Assembly: GCA_043765155.1 (NCBI GenBank)
Contig: JAYUJP010000027.1
Span: 1,349-65,348 of the forward strand
Length of the DNA stretch: 64,000 nt
DNA from: a bacterium
GTDB taxonomy: Bacteria > Patescibacteriota > Minisyncoccia > Phycocordibacterales > UBA5272
Direction: 5' to 3'
In this document: in pieces, positions 20,063 through 28,665 of the stretch
Numbering within the stretch: position 1 is the stretch's first letter
How the letters are laid out: each line of letters begins with the position of its first letter
The notes under the pieces: model-generated
What the model was told of the DNA's origin: nothing
Database searches by the model: none
Seen by the model: only the letters and a program-made list of their open reading frames with translations
Made by a program: the position numbers and the translations under genes

Positions 20063-20271
20063 ATTTTTATTTTTTAATTATCTTTGTAAGACTTATTTGT
20101 TTTTGTAATTTTTTAAAAAAGAAACCCCAGACTTTCGTCTGAGCTAACTACTAACCACTTAACTGTTACTGTGTCAGTAACTTCCTAACTATGATTGTAT
20201 TATAACATAGTTTATATTTTCCGCAAAGTTGTGGTATCATTATAAATAAGAAAAACTAAATCTCTAATTAT

Positions 20272-20790
20272 ATGGTAATAAGAAATGTATATATCGATGG
20301 AGCTAATTTAAAGCAAGGACTTTTGTTGGAAGGTAAAGAGATAGACTATAAAGAGTTATATTTATGGCTTAACAAGAAATATAAAGTCTCTAAAGTTTTT
20401 ATTTTCCTTGGGTATATAAACAAGCTAAAAGATTTTTATACAGAATTAGAGCTAATAGGTTATAAGATTATTTTTAAAGAAACTTTTTTTGAGAATAATA
20501 TATTAAAAGCAAATTGTGACGCTGAGCTAATTTTAAACTGTGTTTCTGATTTTTATTTAAAAGATTATAATGAGTCGATAGTTATAAGCGGTGATGGTGA
20601 CTTCTCTTGTCTTATAAAATTTTTAGAAAAAAATAACTCCTTACACAGATTAATAGCCCCAAATATTAGTAGATGCTCAATATTCTTGAAAAGATCAACA
20701 CAAAAGATAGTTTATCTAAATAGCGTGAGTAGTATTTTAAAAGAAAAAGCCCCTGATGAGGGCGCGCCTGTATCAGGGTCTTTTTCGTAG
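20272..20790 (+). CDS. NYN/LabA-like domain protein (predicted RNase)
   Basis: VYIDGANL near the N-terminus and ISGDGDF, characteristic of NYN/DUF88. Confidence 0.5.
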   Translation: MVIRNVYIDGANLKQGLLLEGKEIDYKELYLWLNKKYKVSKVFIFLGYINKLKDFYTELELIGYKIIFKETFFENNILKANCDAELILNCVSDFYLKDYNESIVISGDGDFSCLIKFLEKNNSLHRLIAPNISRCSIFLKRSTQKIVYLNSVSSILKEKAPDEGAPVSGSFS

Positions 20791-20850
20791 TTATGTTATA
20801 ATTATAACAAAAGTAAAATAAAAGTCAAGCACTCTCACCAAAAGAAAAGT

Positions 20851-21441
20851 ATGAATAATATAGAAAATAAAATTCAAAACGAAAACAAAGAACCTGCTCA
20901 AAGCAAAAGCCAGATTAGGAGTATAGCCCTTTACGTTTTTTCTCTTGGTAATCCTGGAGCAGAGTATCAGCACACCCGTCACAATGCAGGGCGTATAGTT
21001 TGCGATGAGATGGTAAGTAAAAATATTTTTGAAAATATAGAAATAGAAGCAAAAAAAATATTAAATACAAGCCTAAGTATAAAATACTTCGAACCTACAA
21101 CTTTTATGAATAATACTGGTAAGTATATAAGGGATAAGATGCGTAATACAAAAGATGGTAGCGTTGTGGTTATAATTTATGATGACATAGATTTAGAATT
21201 AGCCGAGGTCAAGCTCTCACATGGGCGTAGTAGCGGTGGCCATAACGGAGTGCAAAGTGTTATAGATGAGCTGGGTACAAAAGATTTTTATAGGATTAGA
21301 ATCGGTATTGGTGGCAAGCCGATAAAAGAAATGCTGCTGCAGGATTATGTATTATCTAAATTAAAACAGAGCGAGATAAATCTTTTAAAAGAAAGTGTGG
21401 AAAAGTTGACAGAGAAAATTTTAGAAATAGTAAAGAAGTAA
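20851..21441 (+). CDS. pth: Peptidyl-tRNA hydrolase
   Basis: LGNPGAEYQHTRHNAG signature. Confidence 0.8.
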   Translation: MNNIENKIQNENKEPAQSKSQIRSIALYVFSLGNPGAEYQHTRHNAGRIVCDEMVSKNIFENIEIEAKKILNTSLSIKYFEPTTFMNNTGKYIRDKMRNTKDGSVVVIIYDDIDLELAEVKLSHGRSSGGHNGVQSVIDELGTKDFYRIRIGIGGKPIKEMLLQDYVLSKLKQSEINLLKESVEKLTEKILEIVKK

Positions 21442-21651
21442 TTTTAAAATATAAATAAGCAAAAAATATTTCTAAAATAGTTATAAAATAAAAAAGCATA
21501 AACAAGAAATAAGTGGCTAAAAAGCTTACAAAATAAAGGTTAAATATAGCTTGACAAATGTAATATATTATGTAATAATAGTAGAATCATTAACCCAGAG
21601 CCAAATCGTTGGCCAGTTGGTCAATGAAGCTCGTTCACAAGGAGATTATCC

Positions 21652-21933
21652 GTGAAAAAAACAATTGCTCTAATGCTGGCCGTTTCTGTTATTCTTGCTG
21701 GCTGTGGCAAGCCGATGACAACCAGCAAAAAAGAATATCCAACATACGGCCTATTCAACGAAAGCTCTGCGAAGAGCAAAGACGTGTGCTACGAGATATC
21801 GGTCGGAAACATCGTCTGGTCAATTGTTTTGGTTGAAACTCTCATTGCTCCGATTTATTTTGTCGGATGGAGTTTGTATAACCCTGTGCGTATGAAAAAA
21901 GACGCAAACGATCAATGTACGATTGACAGCTAA
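21652..21933 (+). CDS. Small lipoprotein, YceK/DUF1375-like, on a GC-rich (foreign-looking) island. GTG start.
   Basis: AAGGAG SD 7 nt before GTG. Lipobox LAGC. SIVLVETLIAPIYFVGW resembles YceK SLVFDTLLLPIDI. Local GC about 45-50% versus about 28% in the flanks. Confidence 0.55.
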   Translation: MKKTIALMLAVSVILAGCGKPMTTSKKEYPTYGLFNESSAKSKDVCYEISVGNIVWSIVLVETLIAPIYFVGWSLYNPVRMKKDANDQCTIDS

Positions 21934-21935
21934 AC

Positions 21936-21982
21936 CCCGCCACACTCACGGAAAACCCGTTGCAGTTGTGGCGGGTTTTTTA
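21936..21982 (+). terminator. Rho-independent terminator of the island lipoprotein gene
   Basis: CCCGCCACA...TGTGGCGGG followed by TTTTTTAT. Confidence 0.7.
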
Positions 21983-21997
21983 TTGTAATTTTTATTC

Positions 21998-22051
21998 TAT
22001 AATATATTTAAGAAATTAACTATTATTTTAATATTAATTAATTTAAATTTT
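21998..22051. repeat. 54-bp direct repeat, copy A (partner at 22739..22793). Contains a CTATAAT -10-like box.
   Basis: CTATAATATATTTAAGAAATTAACTATTATTTTAATATTAATTAATTTAAATTTT versus copy B, 2 mismatches. Confidence 0.8.
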
Positions 22052-22178
22052 CATAAATTATTGATGCTTCTCTGTTTGTTTTACAGTTGACTTTTGTGTG
22101 TACAAAATATATACTGTGTATATACAAATTATAAGTATTAAATTAACACTTAATAAATGATTCTACTTAATCAAATAT

Positions 22179-22451
22179 ATGCAAGCAGTTATAAATATAA
22201 AAACAGATTTAAGCTTAAAATTAGAAGCCAAGCAGTTAGCCCAAGATATGGGGTTAACTCTATCCTCTGTGATCAACAACTCATTAAAAGACTTTGTTAG
22301 GGCAAGGGCTATTTCTTTTGACAACAATTATGAACCTACAGAAAGACTTAAAAAATCAATTAGGCAAGCCGAACAAGATTTTGCTAAAAATAAAAACATA
22401 AGTAAGTCCGGTAAAGTCACAGATCTAAAAAAGCATTTGATGAGCCTATAG
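22179..22451 (+). CDS. Type II antitoxin, RelB/DinJ family
   Basis: Small ORF immediately upstream of and nearly abutting a RelE/YafQ-like toxin. DinJ-like N-terminus. Confidence 0.6.
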   Translation: MQAVINIKTDLSLKLEAKQLAQDMGLTLSSVINNSLKDFVRARAISFDNNYEPTERLKKSIRQAEQDFAKNKNISKSGKVTDLKKHLMSL

Positions 22452-22455
22452 GTTT

Positions 22456-22716
22456 ATGTTAATTTTTACAAATAAAAACTTTGACAAAAGTTTTGCTAAG
22501 CTCTCACCAAAAATCAAGGAATCTTTTATTAACAGATTAGATATTTTTGTAGCCGATAATTTTGACCCAGTCCTTAATAATCACTCCTTAAAAGGAGAGT
22601 ATTTTGGATATAGAAGCATAAATGTAACAGGAGATTATCGTGCTGTATATAAAATTGTGGCCACTCACGAAGTCTGCTTTATAGATATAGGTACTCACAG
22701 TCAATTATATAAGTAG
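22456..22716 (+). CDS. Type II toxin, RelE/YafQ-family mRNA interferase
   Basis: 86-aa ORF with a RelE/ParE-fold-like sequence (..GDYRAVYKIVATHEVCFIDIGTHSQLY). 4-nt gap to the antitoxin. Confidence 0.6.
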   Translation: MLIFTNKNFDKSFAKLSPKIKESFINRLDIFVADNFDPVLNNHSLKGEYFGYRSINVTGDYRAVYKIVATHEVCFIDIGTHSQLYK

Positions 22717-22738
22717 TCTCATAGCATGACTTTTTATG

Positions 22739-22793
22739 CTATAATATATTTAAGAAATTAATTATTATTTTAATATTATTTAATTTAAATTTT
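22739..22793. repeat. 54-bp direct repeat, copy B. Contains TGCTATAAT, the probable promoter of the ABC transporter operon.
   Basis: Near-identical to 21998..22051. Confidence 0.8.
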
Positions 22794-22801
22794 AACATAT
22801 A

Positions 22802-24100
22802 ATGAACTCACTTAAACTCGGATTTTTCTTAGCTAAAAAAAGTTTACAACACAGTAGCAAGTGGATATCTGTGTCTACTATTACCATAATATTGCTGCTA
22901 TTTTTGGCGGTGATGGTAATATCAGGTATACTAGTCGGCCTTATACAGGGTAGCGAGGTTGCGTTTAAGGGGAAATATTTTGGTGACGTCATAGTCTCTA
23001 CCTTAGAGAAAAAGAAAAATATACAGAGGGCGGATGAGATCATGGCTACGCTTAACGGTATACCCGAAGTCAAAGGATATGCGCCGCGCTACCTGACTGG
23101 TGGTAGTATAGAGGCTAATTATAAGACTCGTGGTAGTGACGCTATCGCTAACAAAAAGCAAGTTAGCATAAGAGGTATTAGCCCAGAAGATGAAGAGATA
23201 GTCACCACGCTCTCAGATAATATACTTGAGGGTGAATATTTAAAAAGAGAAGATGCGAGTAAGTATATACTTGTCGGTAAGGATATACTTGCCAAGTATA
23301 GTATAGTTGCTGATGTGGACTCATCGGCGCTGCGTGATGTGGAGCCGGGCACAGTAGTTAGGCTACAAGTTAACGGAGTTGAGGCTCTGCGCGGCGAGTC
23401 AGGTATAAAGGCAGCTGACGATAATATAACCCCGACCAATGAGTATATAGTTAAGGGTATAGTTAAAATAAAAGCAGGTGACCTATCTAGCTCAGTATTT
23501 ATGGTGGATAGTCAGCTGCGAAAATTATCAGGTAAAAATATAGCGGATGTGGATGAGATAGCTATTAGGCTTAATCCTGGAGCAGATAGCGCAAAAGTTA
23601 GAGATATTATAAAAGGCAATGGATTCGAAGATAGTGCCAAGATAGAAACCTTTGAGCAGGGGACGCCGGCATTTGTTATCAATCTTAAAAACTTGTTTGG
23701 ATTCCTCGGTAATTTCTTTGGGGCTATACTTATGGTGGTCGCGACTATTGCGCTATTTATAGTTATATTTATTAATGCTCTAACCAAGAGGAGACAAATA
23801 GGAATACTAAAGGGTATAGGCATCAAGAGAGCGACCATACTTTGGAGTTATGTATTTCAGTCGATATTTTACGCTGCTATCGGCGCTGGCCTCGGCCTTG
23901 TGATTGTATTTTTTGGGCTTAAGCCGCTATTTGTAAAGTACCCGATAGACTTTCCATTTTCAGACGGCATACTTGTAGCCGAGCCATTTCCGACTTTTGT
24001 ACGAGTTAGTATATTTATGATAGCTGCTGTATTTGCTGGCCTCGTGCCTGCTTGGATGGTGGTGAGGCGTAATACTCTTAATGCGATACTAGGAAGATAA
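22802..24100 (+). CDS. ABC transporter permease, FtsX/MacB/LolCE-like
   Basis: N-terminal TM, large extracytoplasmic domain and three C-terminal TM helices. Confidence 0.7.
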   Translation: MNSLKLGFFLAKKSLQHSSKWISVSTITIILLLFLAVMVISGILVGLIQGSEVAFKGKYFGDVIVSTLEKKKNIQRADEIMATLNGIPEVKGYAPRYLTGGSIEANYKTRGSDAIANKKQVSIRGISPEDEEIVTTLSDNILEGEYLKREDASKYILVGKDILAKYSIVADVDSSALRDVEPGTVVRLQVNGVEALRGESGIKAADDNITPTNEYIVKGIVKIKAGDLSSSVFMVDSQLRKLSGKNIADVDEIAIRLNPGADSAKVRDIIKGNGFEDSAKIETFEQGTPAFVINLKNLFGFLGNFFGAILMVVATIALFIVIFINALTKRRQIGILKGIGIKRATILWSYVFQSIFYAAIGAGLGLVIVFFGLKPLFVKYPIDFPFSDGILVAEPFPTFVRVSIFMIAAVFAGLVPAWMVVRRNTLNAILGR

Positions 24101-24141
24101 AAATTATAGCACAAATTAATTTGCAAAAATAATATAAAAAT

Positions 24142-24813
24142 ATGACAACAATAATACAAGCCAAAAAGTTAATCAAATCATTCAAAGATGGCGATAAGGA
24201 GACATTTGTGCTAAAAGGTGTCGACCTAGAAGTAAAAGAGGGTGAGTTTATAGCGATAATGGGCAGGTCAGGAGCTGGCAAAAGTACCTGCATGTATCAG
24301 CTGTCATTACTCGACGAGCCAACTGGGGGTGAGATACTTATAGATGGTCATGATACCCACAATATGGACGAATATGCCAGGACAGATTTTAGGCTTAGGA
24401 AATTAGGCTATGTCTTTCAAGACTATTCACTAATACCCGAGTTGTCAGCAGTAGAAAATGTAGCCCTACCGCAAGTGCAACAAGGTATAGATTTTAAAAC
24501 AGCTAGAAAGAATGCAGAAAAGTCACTTGAGTCAGTTGGTCTCGGTAATAAATTTACCAATCTCCCTGGTGAGCTATCGGGAGGTGAGCAGCAGAGAGTA
24601 GCAGTAGCTAGGGCAATATCACATAATCCAAAAATACTATTTGCTGATGAGCCGACAGCTAATCTTGATATAGAGAATAGTACACGCGTAATAGAAATTT
24701 TTAAAAAGCTTAATAAAGAAAGTGGGTTAACCGTAGTCATGGTAACTCATGAAGAAGAATACGGCAAAATGGCTGATAGAGTAATCAGGATGAGCGATGG
24801 GTTGGTGGTGTAA
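24142..24813 (+). CDS. ABC transporter ATP-binding protein (MacB/LolD-like)
   Basis: Walker A GRSGAGKST. Signature LSGGEQQRVAVARA. Walker B ILFADEPT. Confidence 0.85.
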   Translation: MTTIIQAKKLIKSFKDGDKETFVLKGVDLEVKEGEFIAIMGRSGAGKSTCMYQLSLLDEPTGGEILIDGHDTHNMDEYARTDFRLRKLGYVFQDYSLIPELSAVENVALPQVQQGIDFKTARKNAEKSLESVGLGNKFTNLPGELSGGEQQRVAVARAISHNPKILFADEPTANLDIENSTRVIEIFKKLNKESGLTVVMVTHEEEYGKMADRVIRMSDGLVV

Positions 24814-24891
24814 GTGCAAAATTTTCACTATTTTGTTTGTTAAGGGGGTAGGTACATGCTATAATTATATTATTAAAATAATAAAATAAAT

Positions 24892-25746
24892 ATGCTATTA
24901 AAAGAATTTGTGATTAGTATTAAAAATATAGCTGCACCACTATACGAGACCCTATTTCTGGTTGGAGTAGTTTTTATAATAATTGGGCTGTATAAAATAA
25001 TATTTAAAAATACAAATGATATAGATAAAAAAGCGGCCAAGAAATGTATAACCTGCGGCTTAGCTTCATTTTTAGCGATAATTATAATTGTGGGTACTAT
25101 CACATTCATATCGCCTCTTGTTGGTATTGGTTTACTTGGTGATATACCATACGAACCCCCTGTAAAAAAAACGGGGGAGTACAATAAGATTAGCTATAAT
25201 GCTAGCTTAAAAACTAGGGACATGCAAAGTGTTTACGATAAGACTAATAAGCTTGTACTGGTTGCTGGGGGAAGAGTATTTATAGCCAGACAAGCAGAAG
25301 ATTATTCAAGAATTGGTTTTATAGTATCAAGGTCAAATTTTGACAGTTTTAAAAAAGACATAAAGAAACTGGTATCTGAAAAATTATATGCAGAAAACAT
25401 AAATGAAATCAGCTCACCAGATAAAAAAAGATTAGAATTACAGCAGACAGATAATTTAGAAATAGTTATGGGTTATATCGAAATACTGCACCTATCAATG
25501 TGGAATATGGCAATAATATATTTACCTGTACACCCCGCGATAATAATCAGCATATTACTTTTTTCAACAATCGCCTGGTTTATGTATTCTAAGTATAAAA
25601 AAGATAAGCGACATAGAGAAATGCATCCAGAGTCTGCTAATATTACCACTAATTCAACCGGATTTTTTAGGGACATGACAGTGGGATTATTTTTCCTGAT
25701 GCTGTTAATCGCATTTCCAATTTTATTTTTTATTAATAGTTACTAG
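24892..25746 (+). CDS. Hypothetical membrane protein
   Basis: ORF track. Several TM segments. Confidence 0.4.
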   Translation: MLLKEFVISIKNIAAPLYETLFLVGVVFIIIGLYKIIFKNTNDIDKKAAKKCITCGLASFLAIIIIVGTITFISPLVGIGLLGDIPYEPPVKKTGEYNKISYNASLKTRDMQSVYDKTNKLVLVAGGRVFIARQAEDYSRIGFIVSRSNFDSFKKDIKKLVSEKLYAENINEISSPDKKRLELQQTDNLEIVMGYIEILHLSMWNMAIIYLPVHPAIIISILLFSTIAWFMYSKYKKDKRHREMHPESANITTNSTGFFRDMTVGLFFLMLLIAFPILFFINSY

Positions 25747-25836
25747 GAATTATTTATCGGTATTTTTACCTGTTACACTCTAATTCAGAAAACAAAAAAT
25801 CATCTAGTTAAACATTCTAGATAATTTTTGTTTCTT

Positions 25837-25912
25837 TGGTGCGTGATCCAAGATTTGAACTTGGGACCGCTCGAGTATCAGTCGAGTGCTCTACCAGCTG
25901 AGCTAATCACGC
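25837..25912 (-). tRNA. tRNA-Ile (anticodon GAT), CCA encoded
   Basis: The reverse complement gives GCGTGAT acceptor, D-arm GCTCAGCTGGTAGAGC, anticodon loop CTGATAC, T-arm CCAAG-TTCAAAT-CTTGG, and ACCA. Confidence 0.85.
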
Positions 25913-26005
25913 ATATTCACTATATTTTTTACTTCATAATATTAGCATATTTTTGAGTAAAAGTATACGCTTGACATATATATATTATAATGTTAGTATC
26001 TTTGA

Positions 26006-26551
26006 ATGAAAAAGATATTGACAAAAAATATAAAAGTACTTATTATTGTGCTTTTTATATTGTTTTTGATGGGTATAACAAAAACTTTTGCTAACACTAC
26101 GTCTGAATATAATCCCAGCAATAACTGGAGTAATAAAAAGTTTTTAGAAAATATAAATAGCGAAAGATCTAAAAAAAGCTTAACTAAGTTAATAGAAAAC
26201 AAAGAATTAAATAGGTTAGCCCAAGAGAGATTGGGCGATATGATAAAAAGTAATTACTTTTCACACTTCTCACCTAACAAAAAAAGTCTAGATGATATAT
26301 TGCCTGCTAGCGATTACAAGTATGTAGCAAGAGGGGAAAATCTAGCCTACGGTGAATTTGAGGATGAGGCAGATATTATAAATTCTTGGATGCAAAGTGA
26401 AGGTCATAAGTATAATATTTTATACAAAAAGTTCAAAGACATCGGTGTTGCTTATGCAATAGTTGACAATTATCAAGGTGGCAAATACATTGTAGTAGTC
26501 AATGTATTTGGATCGCAAAAAGTTGATAGCAAAATATTAGCCAAAAAATAA
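26006..26551 (+). CDS. Secreted CAP/SCP (YkwD-like) domain protein
   Basis: Signal peptide. GENLAYG...W..SEGHKYNIL...F.DIGVAYA, typical of the CAP domain. Confidence 0.6.
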   Translation: MKKILTKNIKVLIIVLFILFLMGITKTFANTTSEYNPSNNWSNKKFLENINSERSKKSLTKLIENKELNRLAQERLGDMIKSNYFSHFSPNKKSLDDILPASDYKYVARGENLAYGEFEDEADIINSWMQSEGHKYNILYKKFKDIGVAYAIVDNYQGGKYIVVVNVFGSQKVDSKILAKK

Positions 26552-26630
26552 TAAATTGTAGCTGATATAAATTAAAAAACTTAATTTATATCAGGTTGTA
26601 AGTCTCTAAAAATTATTATATAATACATTT

Positions 26631-26798
26631 ATGAACAAAAACATAATAAGAATATTTGCAGTCATAATGTTGCTAAGTCCATGGATATATATTGGGGAGA
26701 CGTTAAGAAGTGTTTTGATTATAGCAGCTAGTATTGTAATATTACTCGCTACTGTAGATATAAGTAACAAAAAGAAAAAAGAAGAGGTGATAAATTAA
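26631..26798 (+). CDS. Small (about 55 aa) membrane protein, not in the ORF track
   Basis: ATG preceded by TATATAAT. Two hydrophobic helices. Followed by a GC-rich terminator hairpin at about 26837..26870. Confidence 0.3.
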   Translation: MNKNIIRIFAVIMLLSPWIYIGETLRSVLIIAASIVILLATVDISNKKKKEEVIN

Positions 26799-26881
26799 TT
26801 TATATTTTTTTTAGAGTATAACTGATGTGCACAGATACAGGGCCGCCCGCAGGGCGGTCCTGTTATTTTTACATATTTTTA

Positions 26882-26890
26882 TGATATAAT
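26882..26890 (+). promoter_or_regulatory. Extended -10 promoter element TGATATAAT, about 16 nt upstream of the ATG (short leader)
   Basis: The same TTTATGATATAATCAT 16-mer recurs at 53427..53435. Related aTGATATAAT boxes are at 33051, 54452 and 62838. Confidence 0.45.
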
Positions 26891-26906
26891 CATTTGTAAG
26901 AAGTAT

Positions 26907-28604
26907 ATGCTAAGCCCACAAGAATTAGAAGACAAAAATAGAATCACATATTTTGGTGTGACTGACTTTCGCGGCATACAGGAAAAATTTGGCATTAAGG
27001 CAGAAGACAGAACGCGTCACATGTACGTGATAGGCAAGACTGGTATGGGTAAAAGTACCATGCTCGAGAATATGGCCATACAAGATATTCAGAACGGCGA
27101 AGGTATATGCTTTATTGATCCGCATGGTACCACCGCCGAAAAACTTTTAAAATATGTACCCGCTGATCGTATACACGATGTAGTCTACTTTGCGCCATTT
27201 GATACAAAGTATCCAATGGGTTTAAATATATTGGAGCATGTTGATGAGGATTATAGGCACCTTGTAGCTTCTGGGCTTATGGATACATTTAAAAAAGTTT
27301 TCGGTGAGGATGTATTTTCAGGGCGTATGGTGTATTTGCTCAATAACGCTATATTGTCACTACTTGAAAATGAAGGCGAGAGTATGATGGGTATTAACAG
27401 AATATATGCGGACAAAGATTATAGAAAAAAGATAATAAGTAATGTTAAGGACCCAGCATTGCTCGCCTTTTGGAATGAAGAGTTCGCAAAGTATGAGGAC
27501 AAATATGTAAAAGAGGCCAGCGCTGCAATACAAAATAAAATAGGGCAATTTATAATGACGCCAATAGTTAGAAATATTGTCGGACAAAAACATACAAGCT
27601 TTGACATACGTAAAATGATGGACGAGAGGAAAATATTAATATGTAACTTTTCAATAGGGCAGACAGGTTCTGAAAATGTTAACCTGATCGGGTCATTACT
27701 AATAACAAAGATATACTTAGCGGCTATGAGTCGGGCTAATTTAAAAGAGGATGAGCTTAAAAATAGCCCGCCGTTCTATTTTTATGTGGACGAATTTCAA
27801 AATTTTGTTAATGATAGCTTTGCCCAGATATTGTCACAGTCAAGAAAGTATAATCTTGGCCTAGTCATAGCTCATCAATATGTCGAGCAGCTGAGCGACA
27901 CTGTAAAGGCGGCTGTATTTGGTAATGTTGGATCTATGATATCTTTTAGAGTTGGCGCTACTGATGCTGAGCTGCTTGAAAAGGAGTATGCGCCGCAGTT
28001 CACAGCTGACGATATTGTTAATCTTGGAGCTAGGCAGATATATCTTAGGTTATCAATTGACGGCGTCGGGTCCAAGCCATTTTCAGGCCGTACTATGCCG
28101 CCAATCGAGAATCCAGAAGATAATTATGTACCAGCTGTTGTCGCTACTAGTAGGGCAATATATGCAAGGTCCAAGCCTGACGTCCAAGAAGAAGTTAAAA
28201 ATTGGTATGAGCCTGTTGTAAAAAGAGTATCGCCAAATGAAAATATAAATAACACAAATACAAACTTTGCAGAAAAAAGAATACAAGATAAAACAGAATT
28301 TAAAAAAAGTGATGTAAGTGAGTACAAGAAAGAGGAATATAAAAAAGAAAGTAAAATAAAAGAAGAAGTAAAAGTCTCTTACCCGCAAACTTTTGTTGAG
28401 AAAAAACAAGATAATAAAAGTAGCCCACTTCGTGAAGCATTGCAGTCAGCTATGAAAGTAGATGTAAAAAAAGAGAAAGAAAACGAAGAAGTAAAAAAAG
28501 TTAAAATTAATATAGACGAAGCCAAGAACACGTATACTGATATATTTGGAGATATAAAATTAGATCAAGAAAAGTTTAAAAAATTACTAGATCTACAAGA
28601 ATAG
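26907..28604 (+). CDS. VirD4/TraG-type (T4SS coupling protein-like, DUF87/TraM-recognition) P-loop ATPase, soluble form with a K/E-rich C-terminal tail
   Basis: Walker A IGKTGMGKST. Walker B FYFYVDEFQNF. Conserved HQ motif (LVIAHQY) downstream of Walker B. No N-terminal TM. Confidence 0.55.
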   Translation: MLSPQELEDKNRITYFGVTDFRGIQEKFGIKAEDRTRHMYVIGKTGMGKSTMLENMAIQDIQNGEGICFIDPHGTTAEKLLKYVPADRIHDVVYFAPFDTKYPMGLNILEHVDEDYRHLVASGLMDTFKKVFGEDVFSGRMVYLLNNAILSLLENEGESMMGINRIYADKDYRKKIISNVKDPALLAFWNEEFAKYEDKYVKEASAAIQNKIGQFIMTPIVRNIVGQKHTSFDIRKMMDERKILICNFSIGQTGSENVNLIGSLLITKIYLAAMSRANLKEDELKNSPPFYFYVDEFQNFVNDSFAQILSQSRKYNLGLVIAHQYVEQLSDTVKAAVFGNVGSMISFRVGATDAELLEKEYAPQFTADDIVNLGARQIYLRLSIDGVGSKPFSGRTMPPIENPEDNYVPAVVATSRAIYARSKPDVQEEVKNWYEPVVKRVSPNENINNTNTNFAEKRIQDKTEFKKSDVSEYKKEEYKKESKIKEEVKVSYPQTFVEKKQDNKSSPLREALQSAMKVDVKKEKENEEVKKVKINIDEAKNTYTDIFGDIKLDQEKFKKLLDLQE

Positions 28605-28665
28605 TATTTAAAAATTATTAGAGAAATTAATCCTCCTGCGCTAAAGCTTCGGAGGATAAGAAATT

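Noticed and set aside
20750-20785. GC-rich hairpin (CCCTGAT...ATCAGGG, with an inner GGCGCGCC) plus TTTTT at the 3' end of the NYN gene as a terminator
   Set aside because: It is plausible, but it lies inside the annotated C-terminal codons (stop at 20790). It was left as an observation rather than a feature because the CDS end may be mis-called.
21609-21836. ORF 21609..21836 overlapping the island lipoprotein gene
   Set aside because: It is an alternative frame of the same GC-rich segment. The +2 frame has an SD, lipobox, YceK-like sequence and terminator, which the other frame lacks.
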